From assembly GCA_963847185.1 (NCBI GenBank), contig CAWJYV010000007.1:768001-832000 (forward strand): 64,000 nucleotides of DNA, written 5' to 3'. The stretch comes from an uncultured Methanosarcinaceae archaeon (lineage in GTDB: Archaea; Halobacteriota; Methanosarcinia; Methanosarcinales; Methanosarcinaceae). Under the pieces are notes generated by a model. It made no database searches, was not told the DNA's origin, and saw only the letters and a list, made by a program, of their open reading frames with translations. Shown piece by piece: positions 52,049 through 62,826 of this stretch (its first letter is position 1; every line of letters starts with the position of its first letter). The translations under genes were made by a program, and so were the position numbers.

Positions 52049-53183
52049 AAATTTGACTTTGATCAAAAATACCAATCACCTTTGAGGTAGTTTCTCTGTC
52101 ATTGAAACGATAGTAATGTAAATTGGCAGGAGAAATAAACAAATCTACCCTACTTGGTTTCCTCTTAATCTTTGGTTTGGATCGCAGGTAGGGTTTTGAG
52201 AATAGGGACTCAAATCTCTACCATCTACTTCTAAATTATTCTCAGAAAATAATCTCCTTTTGTTCGAACATAGACTCAGGTAAAAGCAACCGTGCATAAG
52301 CCTGTACATTTCTTAACGATCTTTTATTGCTTTGTCTGGATTTTTGAGGTGTATTCTTGCATCAGATACTCCTCAGAATGTGCGATCAAGAGGATAAATT
52401 CTAAAAATCTAATATCTCAATTTGAGACGCAATTGTGAATTCCTGGTTCGGCCCTATAATCATCTTAATATTTTGAAAAATGATATTGCAAATTGATCCT
52501 ATTAACCTATAAGTGCCCAAAACAATTACTTATGCAAAATTAAGTACCTAAATTACCTGATTACTGCAAATATCCGGGAAAAGAAATGCCTATCCTTGAT
52601 GCAAAAGCCTGGAGGGAAATATGAGCGAAATTCAAAGAAAATTCGATGAGGTTTCTAAAAAGTATGATGAGCAGAGAAGGAAGTTTATACCTTGTTTCGA
52701 CGATTTTTACAGATTATCGGCATCTGTGGCATCAGCTGATACGAAGACTCCTAATATTTTGGATGTAGGTGCCGGAACAGGACTACTATCGTCATTTCTG
52801 ATGGAGAGATATCCAGAGGCATCATTTACTCTTATTGATATCTCGGAAAAGATGCTGGAAATTGCAAAAGAGAGGTTTGGGAATAATTCAAACGTAAAAT
52901 ATATTATAGCAGACTATTCAAAGTATGATTTCGCAGAAGAATATGACCTTGTAGTGTCAGCACTGTCTGTCCATCATTTGGAGGATGAAGAAAAAAAGGA
53001 ACTATATAAAAAAACTTACTCCATACTTAAACAAAATGGAATTTTTATTAACGCAGACCAGATATATGGAGAAACTCCTTTTATAGAGAACTTAAATAAA
53101 ACAGTCTGGAGACAATATATTGAAAACAGTGGCTTGTCAAAAGAAGAATTATTAGCTGGTTATGAAAGAATTAAGCTTGATAA

Positions 53184-54776
53184 CCTTAGTTTGACATTAA
53201 TATAAAAATAAGTACTCTTATTTTCGTTAATGGTTTGATGAATATACTAACAAAAATAAGAGCATTTCCTACAATACCTAACAAGAATATATGTGTTCCT
53301 ATTGGATCGATGCTTACTGTTCAATACTTTTATGAAAAACTTAATTTTTTTGACATTTTTAGCAAACACAAAAGTAGAGGTTTAGATCTTAATAGTTTAA
53401 TAATCGGCTTGGTAAGCTATAAGCTCACCGAGAATTTCAGCATAAAAGAAGCTGGTAAATGGTTAAATCAGAAAGAAATTCTCGAGATTTTGAATCTCGA
53501 GAGTTTCCATGAAAAAGTGCTTTATAGAACTCTTGAGATCATAGGACGTAATAAGGAGAGAATTCTCTCGGAAATATTAGATAATCTTTTTTCTGTTTAT
53601 GATTTTGAAGAGACAGACATAAACCTTGACTGGACTAGTATAACTCTTTACGGAACAAAATCTAATCTTGGAAAGCATGGATATAGCAGAGATTATAGAC
53701 CTGATAAGCTGCAAATAACAGTTGGAATCAGTGAACTCAAAAAACCAATTAATATTCCTATTGGAATTACAGTAAATAGAGGAAACGTTCTTGATCTGCA
53801 ACATTTTCCTGAGACTTATAGCCAGGTAAAAAATAAATTAAAAAAAGAATCTCTTATTGTTTTTGATAAAGGCGCTAATACTGTTGACAACATTAAGCTA
53901 ATACAGGAAGATGAGATGACGTATCTTACTTCCATGAAACTGAATTCAAGCGATGATAAAATCATTGAGAATTTTGATTTAAAATTAGCGCAGTTAATAG
54001 ATCCCGAAAAAAGTATTTATGGGATAAAAATCGTTAAGCCAAATAGCATCAAGTATTTCTATTTCTCAAAATCATTACAAGAGAAGCAACTGGAAGCTAA
54101 AGCAAGAACTATTCTTAAAAAGTTAAAGGAAGCAAAAGAGATACAGGAAATAATAGCAAAAAACAAAAAGCTTCCTAAAAAATTCAGAATCAATAATGAG
54201 TTAATTGAAATTGATTACTCTTTTAAGACTAAGCTCGAAGAGCTTAGTGAGGAAGAAGCAATAGAACTCTTGAAAAGTTCCATAATTAATGGAAGAGAAG
54301 GATTTTTCTGCCTTAAATCAAACAAGAATTTGACACTTGAAAAGGCTTTGGAGATATATCGAGAAAAGGATTCTATTGAGAAAATATTTAACTCATTGAA
54401 AAACGAAATACAGATTAAGCCGTTAAGAGTTTGGTCAGATAATAGTATTTATGGGGCTCTTCTATTGGGATTTATTGCTCAATTATTCATATCGCTGATG
54501 CGATATGAATTTGAGGAAATCAAGCACAAATCCACAAAATTCATCAAAAAAAGCTTGAAGAATTTGACACTTACAATAAAGTTCGTGAAAAATGGAGTCA
54601 GAAATTATATTTTTGCTAATTTTGACAAGATCAATAGCTTAATTGTAACAAAAATGGGCACTATTCCATAGAATTTATTATAAAATTAAATGGATTCATA
54701 GCCTCCTGTCAAAACAGTTCGAGCTAAAAATAAGATAGATTTTCAATATCAATTAGTGAATACTGTCAAATTAGGG
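53184..54776 (+). mobile_element. IS1634-family insertion sequence (1593 bp), apparently intact
   Basis: TIRs CCTTAGTTTGACA / TGTCAAATTAGGG; 6-bp target duplication TGATAA at 53178-53183 and 54777-54782. Confidence 0.93.
53235..54671 (+). CDS. IS1634-family DDE transposase
   Basis: NLDWTS, GYSRDYRPD..QI, GNVLD, VFDKG, YREKDSIEKIFNSLK. Confidence 0.92.
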   Translation: MMNILTKIRAFPTIPNKNICVPIGSMLTVQYFYEKLNFFDIFSKHKSRGLDLNSLIIGLVSYKLTENFSIKEAGKWLNQKEILEILNLESFHEKVLYRTLEIIGRNKERILSEILDNLFSVYDFEETDINLDWTSITLYGTKSNLGKHGYSRDYRPDKLQITVGISELKKPINIPIGITVNRGNVLDLQHFPETYSQVKNKLKKESLIVFDKGANTVDNIKLIQEDEMTYLTSMKLNSSDDKIIENFDLKLAQLIDPEKSIYGIKIVKPNSIKYFYFSKSLQEKQLEAKARTILKKLKEAKEIQEIIAKNKKLPKKFRINNELIEIDYSFKTKLEELSEEEAIELLKSSIINGREGFFCLKSNKNLTLEKALEIYREKDSIEKIFNSLKNEIQIKPLRVWSDNSIYGALLLGFIAQLFISLMRYEFEEIKHKSTKFIKKSLKNLTLTIKFVKNGVRNYIFANFDKINSLIVTKMGTIP

Positions 54777-55265
54777 TGATAAAGAGGCAAAATTAGATCA
54801 GCAATTAGATTGGCTTAAAGAAATTGGTTTTTGTGATGTAAGTTGCATATACAAGTTTTATCAGTTTGCAGTAATGTTTGGAAGAAAAACTGAATAATTC
54901 AGAGACATGTATGTATCCGAAAAATTATTTTGCATATTAGTACAAGAACCAGTTTGTACATCTGGCTAAGTTTAATCAATCTCATTCCCATGCTTACATT
55001 TGCATGGGTCTCTTTTCTTATCTCATTCATGATCCTTTTTAAGACAGCTGAGCATAATATTACCTAGATTTTTATTAAGTAACTTTCGATTGTAATAAAT
55101 ATTATCTTATGCAAAGTCTAATTGGATATATTTATAAAAAATATTATATATTGATGTTTTGATTTGGCTTTTTATACACATCCTGGTTTTCATTCAACAA
55201 AGTTTATTACATTAGAAGATTAATTATAAAGTTAGCTGGAAAATGGGGGTTAAATTCTGAATATA

Positions 55266-57848
55266 ATGTTAAAACTTCAGGATGCCGTCAGTAGCCTTAA
55301 AAGGGGTCATTTTTATGGGCAGGATAAAGAAGAAGAGGCAGAGGAAGAAAAAGGCTGCTTGTACAGAATAAAGCAAACAAAAAACAGGAAAACCATTTTC
55401 ATTAACTGCAAAGAATGTGAATTTGAATCTTCCTTAAATGATACACATTGCAGAAAGAACATTCTTTCTATCCTGCAAAAGGAAGTTCATGCCAACTGCC
55501 TGGTACTTTCGAGATTATATGAAAGGGATTACGAGGAAGAAGCACTGGCTTTACTCTATATTCTTGCAGGCTTCAATGAAATAATTGCAGCATATCGAAG
55601 TACAGAGATAGTTTCGGAGACCTGTTCCAGACCCGAGAAAAAAGAATGTGAACTTGAGAGGAAAGAGCTAATCGATTTTTTTGCTGAGATAGTAGAAACC
55701 GACCCTTTGAAAGCTCGATTGGAAATAAAAAGGTCTGTTCAGGGGAACATTTTAAAGAAAATCCCCAACATTCTTCCTGTTTGTTCTGGATGTTCCGAAT
55801 GTTTTTATCAGACGCTTCGAGAAATGGAAGAGAAATTATCTTCTTTTCCCGAAATTCCTGCTCTTAATAGAGCAGAAATTCGATTTTCTTCAGCAAACCT
55901 GCCAGGAAATTCAGGAAAATTTCTTAGAAACGGAGCAGAAACAAAAACAGAAGCAAAAGTAGAATCAAAAATAGAAACAAAAGCAAAAAAACTGATAGAG
56001 GATATTTCCGAAGAAGTAACCCTCTCAAAAATCTCAAAACATATTCCATTTGTTACCTCCAAAAGCAAGCCAGAAAATGAAGAAAATAATAACAATTCTA
56101 CAGGGGAGGCTTTCGACTACGAAAAAGTAATCAAACCTCATGTAAGGCCTCCTTTTTCCAGCTCTCGCATTTATGCCGAAGCCCCCGGAAATACCGAGTT
56201 TCTTGAGTGTTATGATATAAACGGCAGAGAAGGGAGAAAACTTGAGATTTCCATTTATAGTTACACTGACAGGCCTGAAAAGCTTTACATGATCCGGCCC
56301 CCTGAATATAATCTCAGGCAAGAAGAGCTCAGACTACTGGAGATAATCCGAAGACGGATGATTCAATACAGGCCAAAAGATCTTGCCTTTACAGATCCCA
56401 TAGATGCCAGGGAATATTTCAGGCGCATGGCAAAAGAACTTCTGGAAGAAGAACTCTTAGAAAGCCGGGAAACCTGCAGCCCGGAAGAACTTGAAAGTTA
56501 TGCAGACCTGCTTGCAAGATATACAAACGGGCTCGGGATCGTAGAGGATTTGCTTTCGGATTCGAGGATTACCGATGTATATATCAACGCCCCTGCCGAC
56601 ACAAACCCTGTTCATGTTGTCATGGACGGAGAGGAATGTGCAAGTAATGTTTTTCTCTCGCAGGACGACCTGGATGCTCTTGTGTCAAGGTTCAGGACGA
56701 TTAGCGGCAGGCCTTTCGGAGAAGCTATTCCTGTGCTTGAACTCAACCTTGAGGCTTTCGGAGTAAGGGTTTCGGTAATAGGAGACCCTCTAAGTGCGAA
56801 CGGTCTTGCCTATGCCTTTCGAAAACACTCCCTTTATCCCTGGACTCTGCCTAAACTGATTAATACAGGTTCTATTTCTCCATACGGCGCAGGGCTCTTA
56901 AGCTTTCTCATGGACGGACAGGCTTCGGTCCTTGTTGCAGGTGAAGTCGGAGCAGGGAAAACATCGCTGCTTTCCTCCATGCTCCTTGAAATTCCGCAGA
57001 AATACAGGATTCTGACAATAGAAGACACTAACGAACTCCCCATTGAAAAACTCCAGAGTTTAGGCTGGAAGGTCCAGGGAATGAGCTCGCATTCCTCTGT
57101 TCTGAAATCAGGGGCAGAAATGAGCCCTGAAACTGCACTTCGGGCTGCTCTGCGGCTTGGGAGCTCATCTCTCGTACTTGGGGAAGTCAGAGGTTCGGAG
57201 GTAAAAGTGCTCTACGAAGCCATGCAGGTCGGAAAAACTGGAAATTCGGTTATCGGGACAATTCATGGTTCTTCTATTGAAAACGTATACGAAAGAGTCG
57301 TGCATACTCTTGGTGTTCCTCCAGCCTCATTCAAGGCCACCGATGCAGTAATTATTTGCTCCAGCATCAGGCTTGAAGGAACCATGAAGAAACTGAAACG
57401 TGTAAGCCATATTGCAGAAGTTACCAATGTTGCAATCGAAAACCCTGAACCTTCTGAGATCTTCACGGATCTGATGGATTATGATGCCTCACAGGACTGC
57501 CTGCTTGCAGGAAAGGCTCTTGAACAGGGGCAGTCTGAACTGATAGGCAAAATTGCAGGGAAATGGGGGATTTCTATAGACAGGGCCTTAAAAAGCATCG
57601 AGCTCAGAACAAGGATAAAAGAAAAGATTGCGATTGCAGGCCGCAAGAAACCTTCCCTTCTGGAGGCGGAAGCAGTTAGCCAGGCAAACAATATGTTCTG
57701 GTTACTTTCTGACTCCATGACAAAAAGCAAAGCCTATCAGAAAGAACATGAAATAAACTCAGAGTCCGACTCGGAAGACGATCTGGAAATACTTTATCGA
57801 AAATGGGAAATCTGGTTTGAAAATTTTGCCAGGCAGGCAAAGGAATAA
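55266..57848 (+). CDS. Type II/IV secretion (TadA/VirB11-like) assembly ATPase with Cys-rich N-terminal domain
   Basis: Walker A GEVGAGKTS, Asp box TIEDTNEL, Walker B LGEVRG, His box GTIHG; N-terminal CKEC, HC and CSGCSEC. Confidence 0.93.
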   Translation: MLKLQDAVSSLKRGHFYGQDKEEEAEEEKGCLYRIKQTKNRKTIFINCKECEFESSLNDTHCRKNILSILQKEVHANCLVLSRLYERDYEEEALALLYILAGFNEIIAAYRSTEIVSETCSRPEKKECELERKELIDFFAEIVETDPLKARLEIKRSVQGNILKKIPNILPVCSGCSECFYQTLREMEEKLSSFPEIPALNRAEIRFSSANLPGNSGKFLRNGAETKTEAKVESKIETKAKKLIEDISEEVTLSKISKHIPFVTSKSKPENEENNNNSTGEAFDYEKVIKPHVRPPFSSSRIYAEAPGNTEFLECYDINGREGRKLEISIYSYTDRPEKLYMIRPPEYNLRQEELRLLEIIRRRMIQYRPKDLAFTDPIDAREYFRRMAKELLEEELLESRETCSPEELESYADLLARYTNGLGIVEDLLSDSRITDVYINAPADTNPVHVVMDGEECASNVFLSQDDLDALVSRFRTISGRPFGEAIPVLELNLEAFGVRVSVIGDPLSANGLAYAFRKHSLYPWTLPKLINTGSISPYGAGLLSFLMDGQASVLVAGEVGAGKTSLLSSMLLEIPQKYRILTIEDTNELPIEKLQSLGWKVQGMSSHSSVLKSGAEMSPETALRAALRLGSSSLVLGEVRGSEVKVLYEAMQVGKTGNSVIGTIHGSSIENVYERVVHTLGVPPASFKATDAVIICSSIRLEGTMKKLKRVSHIAEVTNVAIENPEPSEIFTDLMDYDASQDCLLAGKALEQGQSELIGKIAGKWGISIDRALKSIELRTRIKEKIAIAGRKKPSLLEAEAVSQANNMFWLLSDSMTKSKAYQKEHEINSESDSEDDLEILYRKWEIWFENFARQAKE

Positions 57849-57872
57849 AAATAATCTTCTGAGTCACGATTT

Positions 57873-57910
57873 GTGATCACTTGAATGATTCGTGATCACT
57901 TGAATGATTT
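57873..57910. repeat. 19-bp tandem duplication between the ATPase and TadC-like genes
   Basis: GTGATCACTTGAATGATT x2. Confidence 0.7.
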
Positions 57911-57951
57911 GAGTAGTCATTTGAGGGGATAAGCTCACAATCTGGGGGAAC

Positions 57952-59892
57952 ATGTCAGAAGAAAGAAACTGGTATGTAAGAGCCTGTAAAACCACTGCAA
58001 GGAAATGGAAGTGGACTATTCCTGATCCTGTCGCCTTCAGCAGAAAATGCGAAAAAAGTGTCAGTCCGGAGTACAGAAATGCTCTTATATTTACAGGTTT
58101 TGACCTAGAAGCCTTTGAAACAGTGTTATTTTCTTATGTGGGGACTTTTGCGACTTTAATTATGCTTCTCGGGATAGATCTCCTCCTCCTTTTTTCCACA
58201 AGTTTTGATTCCAGGACACTTTTTGTTATGGGTACACTAACCTTTGTTGTTCCCCTTATTGTCCTCTGCTACCTGAGCGAGTACGTGAAAATCAGGGCAG
58301 GTTTTATGAAAATTTCTTCCCTTGGAGACATTCCTGAGATTCTGAGCTATATAGTCATGTACATGAAATTAGTTCCAAACCTTGAACATGCTGTCCTTTT
58401 TGCAGCCCGAAACTCCGAAAGGCCGCTTGCAAAAGATTTAAAAAAACTGACCTGGGATCTCAATCTCAGGATCTACAGCAGTATGGATGATGCCCTCCTG
58501 TCTTTTGCCGACCTATGGGGCAGAAACAGTGAATATTTCAAGCGTTCCCTGCATCTGATCAAAAGTTCAACATCAGAACCTGATGAAGCTCAGAGGGTTA
58601 TAACCTTAAACCGTGCTCTGGATATAAGCCTCGAAGGCACTGAACGCCTTATGGACTCTTTTGCGGCAAAACTGAAGACCCCAAGTTACATTCTCTACTC
58701 GATTTTCATTCTGATTCCTCTGGCCCTGGTAGCTCTCCTTCCTGCTGTCACGGTCGTGGGGATGAAACCAGAGCTCTCAGATCTTGTGCTCCTTTATGAC
58801 TTCGTTTTTCCGGCTCTTGCAGTACTATATTCGGAATATATTCTTATGCAGAGGCCGGTTGCCTTCATCCCAAAACAAATTCCTGATTCCCATCCTGACC
58901 TCTTAGATATTCAGCAGAAGAAAAGTTATGCCATAATGCTTTCGGCCCTGGTCTTCTTGCTGATAGCTCCGTCAGGATATTTCCTGCTATTATTGGGGAA
59001 TCCTGGAGAAATTGTTGCAACTGAACCCCTTGAAGGATACTTTACCCCAACTCTTCCACTCATTCTGGGAGGAACTGCTGGAATTTCGATTTACCTGTAC
59101 TTTTCCTCTGTTCCTTACAAGAAAATCAGAGATAGAATTAAACAGATGGAGATGGAATTTGCAGATTCCCTCTTTGTGCTAGGAAGGCGCATTTCAGAAG
59201 GAAAAGCCCCAGAAGAAGCTTTTGCCCATACAGCCAGGACAATGGAAGGTTCAAAAATCGGGGAGGCCCTTGGGGAAATTTCCATGAACCTTCTTAGCAT
59301 GAGAACAAACCTCAAGGATGCTATCTTTGATGAAGACTTCGGGGCCTTCAGGCATATTTATTCAGAAAGGATCCGAAATACCATGCTCCTCTTTACAGAA
59401 AGTGTGCACAAAAACCATGAAGCTGCAGGAGCTTCCCTTATCAAACTTGCAGACCACCTAAAAGAACTCAGTGAAGTTGAAGAACGAATTAAAAGTTCCC
59501 TTTATGACGTTACTTCAACCATGCGTTCTACTGCAGTAATTTTTGCTCCCCTTATTGCAGGGATTACCCTTGCCCTTGCCGAAGTCATTACAAAGATTCT
59601 GGGCCAGGTGGCTGAAAGAGTAAACAGGGTCCCTGCAGATCTGTCCGAAATGCCGGTTGAAATGGGGCAGGAAGCTTTTTCCCAATCCATTTCTCCGGAT
59701 CATTTTCTGCTTGCAATAGGGGTTTACGTTGTCTTCATCAGTGCGATTCTTACCCATTTTGCAGGTTCAATAGAATATGGGGGAGACCGCGAGCAACTAA
59801 AATACGACCTTGCCTGCATGCTTCCCATTTCAATCATTGTATTCGCAGTTTCTACCGCAGTCTCAAGAATCGTTTTTAGCGGGTTGGTATGA
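57952..59892 (+). CDS. Pilus assembly membrane platform protein (fused double TadB/TadC, T2SSF-like)
   Basis: Two modules (DIPEILSYIVMYMKLVPNLEHA; EFADSLFVLGRRISEGKAPEEA), each followed by TM helices; directly after the ATPase. Confidence 0.85.
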   Translation: MSEERNWYVRACKTTARKWKWTIPDPVAFSRKCEKSVSPEYRNALIFTGFDLEAFETVLFSYVGTFATLIMLLGIDLLLLFSTSFDSRTLFVMGTLTFVVPLIVLCYLSEYVKIRAGFMKISSLGDIPEILSYIVMYMKLVPNLEHAVLFAARNSERPLAKDLKKLTWDLNLRIYSSMDDALLSFADLWGRNSEYFKRSLHLIKSSTSEPDEAQRVITLNRALDISLEGTERLMDSFAAKLKTPSYILYSIFILIPLALVALLPAVTVVGMKPELSDLVLLYDFVFPALAVLYSEYILMQRPVAFIPKQIPDSHPDLLDIQQKKSYAIMLSALVFLLIAPSGYFLLLLGNPGEIVATEPLEGYFTPTLPLILGGTAGISIYLYFSSVPYKKIRDRIKQMEMEFADSLFVLGRRISEGKAPEEAFAHTARTMEGSKIGEALGEISMNLLSMRTNLKDAIFDEDFGAFRHIYSERIRNTMLLFTESVHKNHEAAGASLIKLADHLKELSEVEERIKSSLYDVTSTMRSTAVIFAPLIAGITLALAEVITKILGQVAERVNRVPADLSEMPVEMGQEAFSQSISPDHFLLAIGVYVVFISAILTHFAGSIEYGGDREQLKYDLACMLPISIIVFAVSTAVSRIVFSGLV

Positions 59893-59910
59893 AACCGATT
59901 CTAAATATAC

Positions 59911-62038
59911 CTATAAATAAAAATTTAAGATTGTGATGAACAACAGAAACCCTATGACGACAGGCCAGTAAAGTATCTTAATGTAAATGTTGTCTTTTGT
60001 ATCAATAAAAGGGATATGCCTATTTGACGCAAAAGCTATAGAATTCAGAGAAACAACTATTATCCCAAGGTACAATGTCCAGTAGAAATACTCAAGGTAG
60101 ATGATATTGCCTACTGGAATTCTAGACCTGAAAGAAGTGTGGGAAATGATGAGAGTAAAAAGAAGGGTAGTGCAGTAGGCCAGGACTCCATGTGAACTGA
60201 ATCCGAAATGTTTTTTGTTTTCATCCTTGGTCGTTATCGTAAGTATTGCAAAAAGAAGAACGAATGCTACTATTATGAGTAGAAGATCAGAAACAAAAGA
60301 GGCCTTAAAATCCCTTTTGATATCTACTTTAAAGTGAAATTCGCTTGCACTCAAATTTGCAAAATTTTTTACTCCGAAAGTGGTGTTATAAGGATTTACC
60401 CTATAACTGAAAAAACTTTTTTCCAATTTCCAGCCATCAAGCATGAACGAATGTCCCAAACCAGGACGGGTTTCTGGAATCAAGCTGTTGTAGGAATCAA
60501 AGTCAGGAATAAAGATGTTTCCTGCAGGATTATTACTAACTATCCTGATCGATATTTCTTCCCTGGCAAAAGGATATCTTGAGTAATCAAATTGCTGGCG
60601 CAGAGTAGTCTTAAAATGCCAGCCTGTAATACCTTTGTCTTTATCCTCATAAGCTTTTTCAATTATGGTTTCTTTTGAATCAGGAAAAATAAAGTCCGGA
60701 AAATCCTTTTCAGCCTCTATTGCTGAAATATTTTGCCAGATATATCCGGTTATTATGACATCATTAGCATCCAAAAACTCTACGGACTGGAGAAGTAATC
60801 CTGTAGGAATTATGGGAGTTTTCGGGCTCGTATTGGCGTGTTGCAATACAGTAAAAACATCTTCCCTGCCGAAGACAGCGAGGTCACCGCTATTACTACT
60901 AAGAGTGGGATTATTCATGGCAAGGTCCCACATGAAGCCTATTCCCAGGATACAAAGTAATGAAAAAATAAGCGAGAGCAGCCAGAGCCCTCTGTGATTA
61001 TACATATAAATGGATACAAACAGCAGGCACAGAAAGAATAAAAAAGCAAAAGTTGTGAACACAACAAGAATAATGGAATGGATCTGCTCCATTTTTCTGT
61101 TTCTCAGAGTTTCTTCCTGAGGAAGAACAAGACCCAGAATCCAGTCTGTAGAGGGAATGTTTTTTTGAAATACCCAGTAGGATTTCCCTGTAAAAGAATT
61201 TGTTGTCCAGTAGTCTCCCTCTGTCATATTCTTGCTTATAAAGTAAATATTAGGGTCTTTTTTTGCAAAGTCGTGAATATTTCCGGCCAGATATTCCTTG
61301 ATAGGATAAGAAATAATCACTCCTTTCTCGGAAATGATGTAACCATAACCCGTATTTCCTAACTGAAGGCTTCCTACCCGTGCTCTCACTCCTTCAAGAG
61401 AGTAGCTTACACTTACTACTCCTGCAGCTTTGTGTCCGTTGCCGTATTCCGCAAGATAAAAAGGAACCGAACAATCTATCTGATAATTGGCGTCTGCAAT
61501 CCCGAAGTAAGGTGAAATCCATACTTTGGACCCTTTTTTCAGAGCATCATTGTACCATACAGTGCTTTCACTGTTCTTTGTATAGTCATATTTGACCGGA
61601 GCGTATATGACTTCCGAACCGTTTCTCATGAAGTGAGGTGCATAAAGCTTTCCGGCACGGGCATCAGGGGAATATGCAACGACGATACTATAAATATTGG
61701 GATTGTTTTTCATTTCACCCAGAAGGCGCTCTCTGAGCATGGAATCGTTTTTCAATTTCCCGGAACTCAGATCTTTTGCAATTCCTTCGGTAAGGGAGCT
61801 CGTATAAATTAAGGTCGTCATGAATATCTTTTATGGCATAATCAGCTTTTTGCTGTGCATCTTCCTTTGCCTCTTTTAGAATTATTTCATCTGTCTTGCT
61901 GCTTATGTACTCATACCCTACATGTACCAGTAGCAAAAAACTTAGCAGGCAGAGTAGTGATGCAATATAAACTGCTATTTTCCGATGCTTATTCTTGATG
62001 GTTTTTTTATCTTTAAAAATAATCATTATTATTCCCAT
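59911..62038 (-). pseudogene. Cache-domain / pentameric ligand-gated ion channel fusion, frameshifted
   Basis: N-terminal TM ORF 62038 joins the 61821 ORF if one base is removed near 61810; dCache motifs WY..W..PYF and GYGYIISEKG; pLGIC features FDYSRYPF(A)RE, GW, pre-M1 R and four TM helices. Confidence 0.8.
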
Positions 62039-62693
62039 CGTGCAAACGAATGTAATAATCTGGATTCAAGTGTTGCAAAATTCATGATTATTTTCTATTA
62101 AAAGACAGGTTAATTTTTAAACTACCGCCACATTGAGATAATATATTTCGTTTTTGTGTACATCTGCGAAAAGTCGGACTTAATATTAAGTTTATATATC
62201 TATTTTATATATCTCTTTTTATTTTAATTTGCGTCAAATCCAAGGTAAGTAAGAGCTTCAAAGATTCAGGTTCACTTAACCTTTCGATTTTATGTTCCTT
62301 AACTCCAGGCGAAGTGACAATATCATCATTTCTAGTAACAGTAAGCAACCTGCAGTCTCTCTGTCTGGTGAAATGTTACAGGTTTGAAAGGAATTATCCC
62401 TGGTAAATCCAGAGAATTTTTTGGATGCTGTCAAAACAGGGTTTCTATTTTCAATGGCTCTTTTAATGTGAAATTTTCTACTTAATTAATTTCTGAAATT
62501 TATAATTTTAACGAAAAATTGGCGTACTATTAATTTCGATTCTCATATTTTATGAAGTTGATTAAGTGTTGATTGTTAGAGACTTTGGACATAAGGAATA
62601 TATTATGTTTGAAAGTTGTAATGTTTGGAATTCAATCGGATGTGAAAGAAGCGATTGGAACCAAAAATCTCTAGCAGAGTAAAAAGTCAGAAT

Positions 62694-62810
62694 TAGGACT
62701 TATGCAATTGGACTGGAAATATCAATGGAATTGACCCTTTAACTGTCTAAATCCGGATATTTACAGCAAACTTGTTAATGCTGATTTACTTTTCAACTGC
62801 ATAAGGACTA
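62694..62810. mobile_element. MITE, AGGACTTACGC family (copy 3, diverged)
   Basis: TAGGACTTATGCA...TGCATAAGGACTA, 117 bp; shares internal AACTGTCTAAA with copy 1; ends 3 bp before the SD of the next gene. Confidence 0.75.
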
Positions 62811-62826
62811 TTTGGAGGTATGTAAC

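Larger units (their letters stand above)
52621..54897 (+). pseudogene. Class I SAM-dependent methyltransferase (CmoA-like) disrupted by IS1634
   Basis: ILDVGAGTG, DISEKML, SALSVHHL; removing the IS and one TGATAA restores ...ERIKLD-KEAKLDQQLDWLKEIGFCDVSCIYKFYQFAVMFGRKTE* (225 aa, stop 54895-54897). Confidence 0.92.

Noticed and set aside
52080-52400. Possible degraded methyltransferase fragment on the minus strand (HLKNPDKAIK..EMYRL)
   Set aside because: Too short and interrupted to support a call without a search
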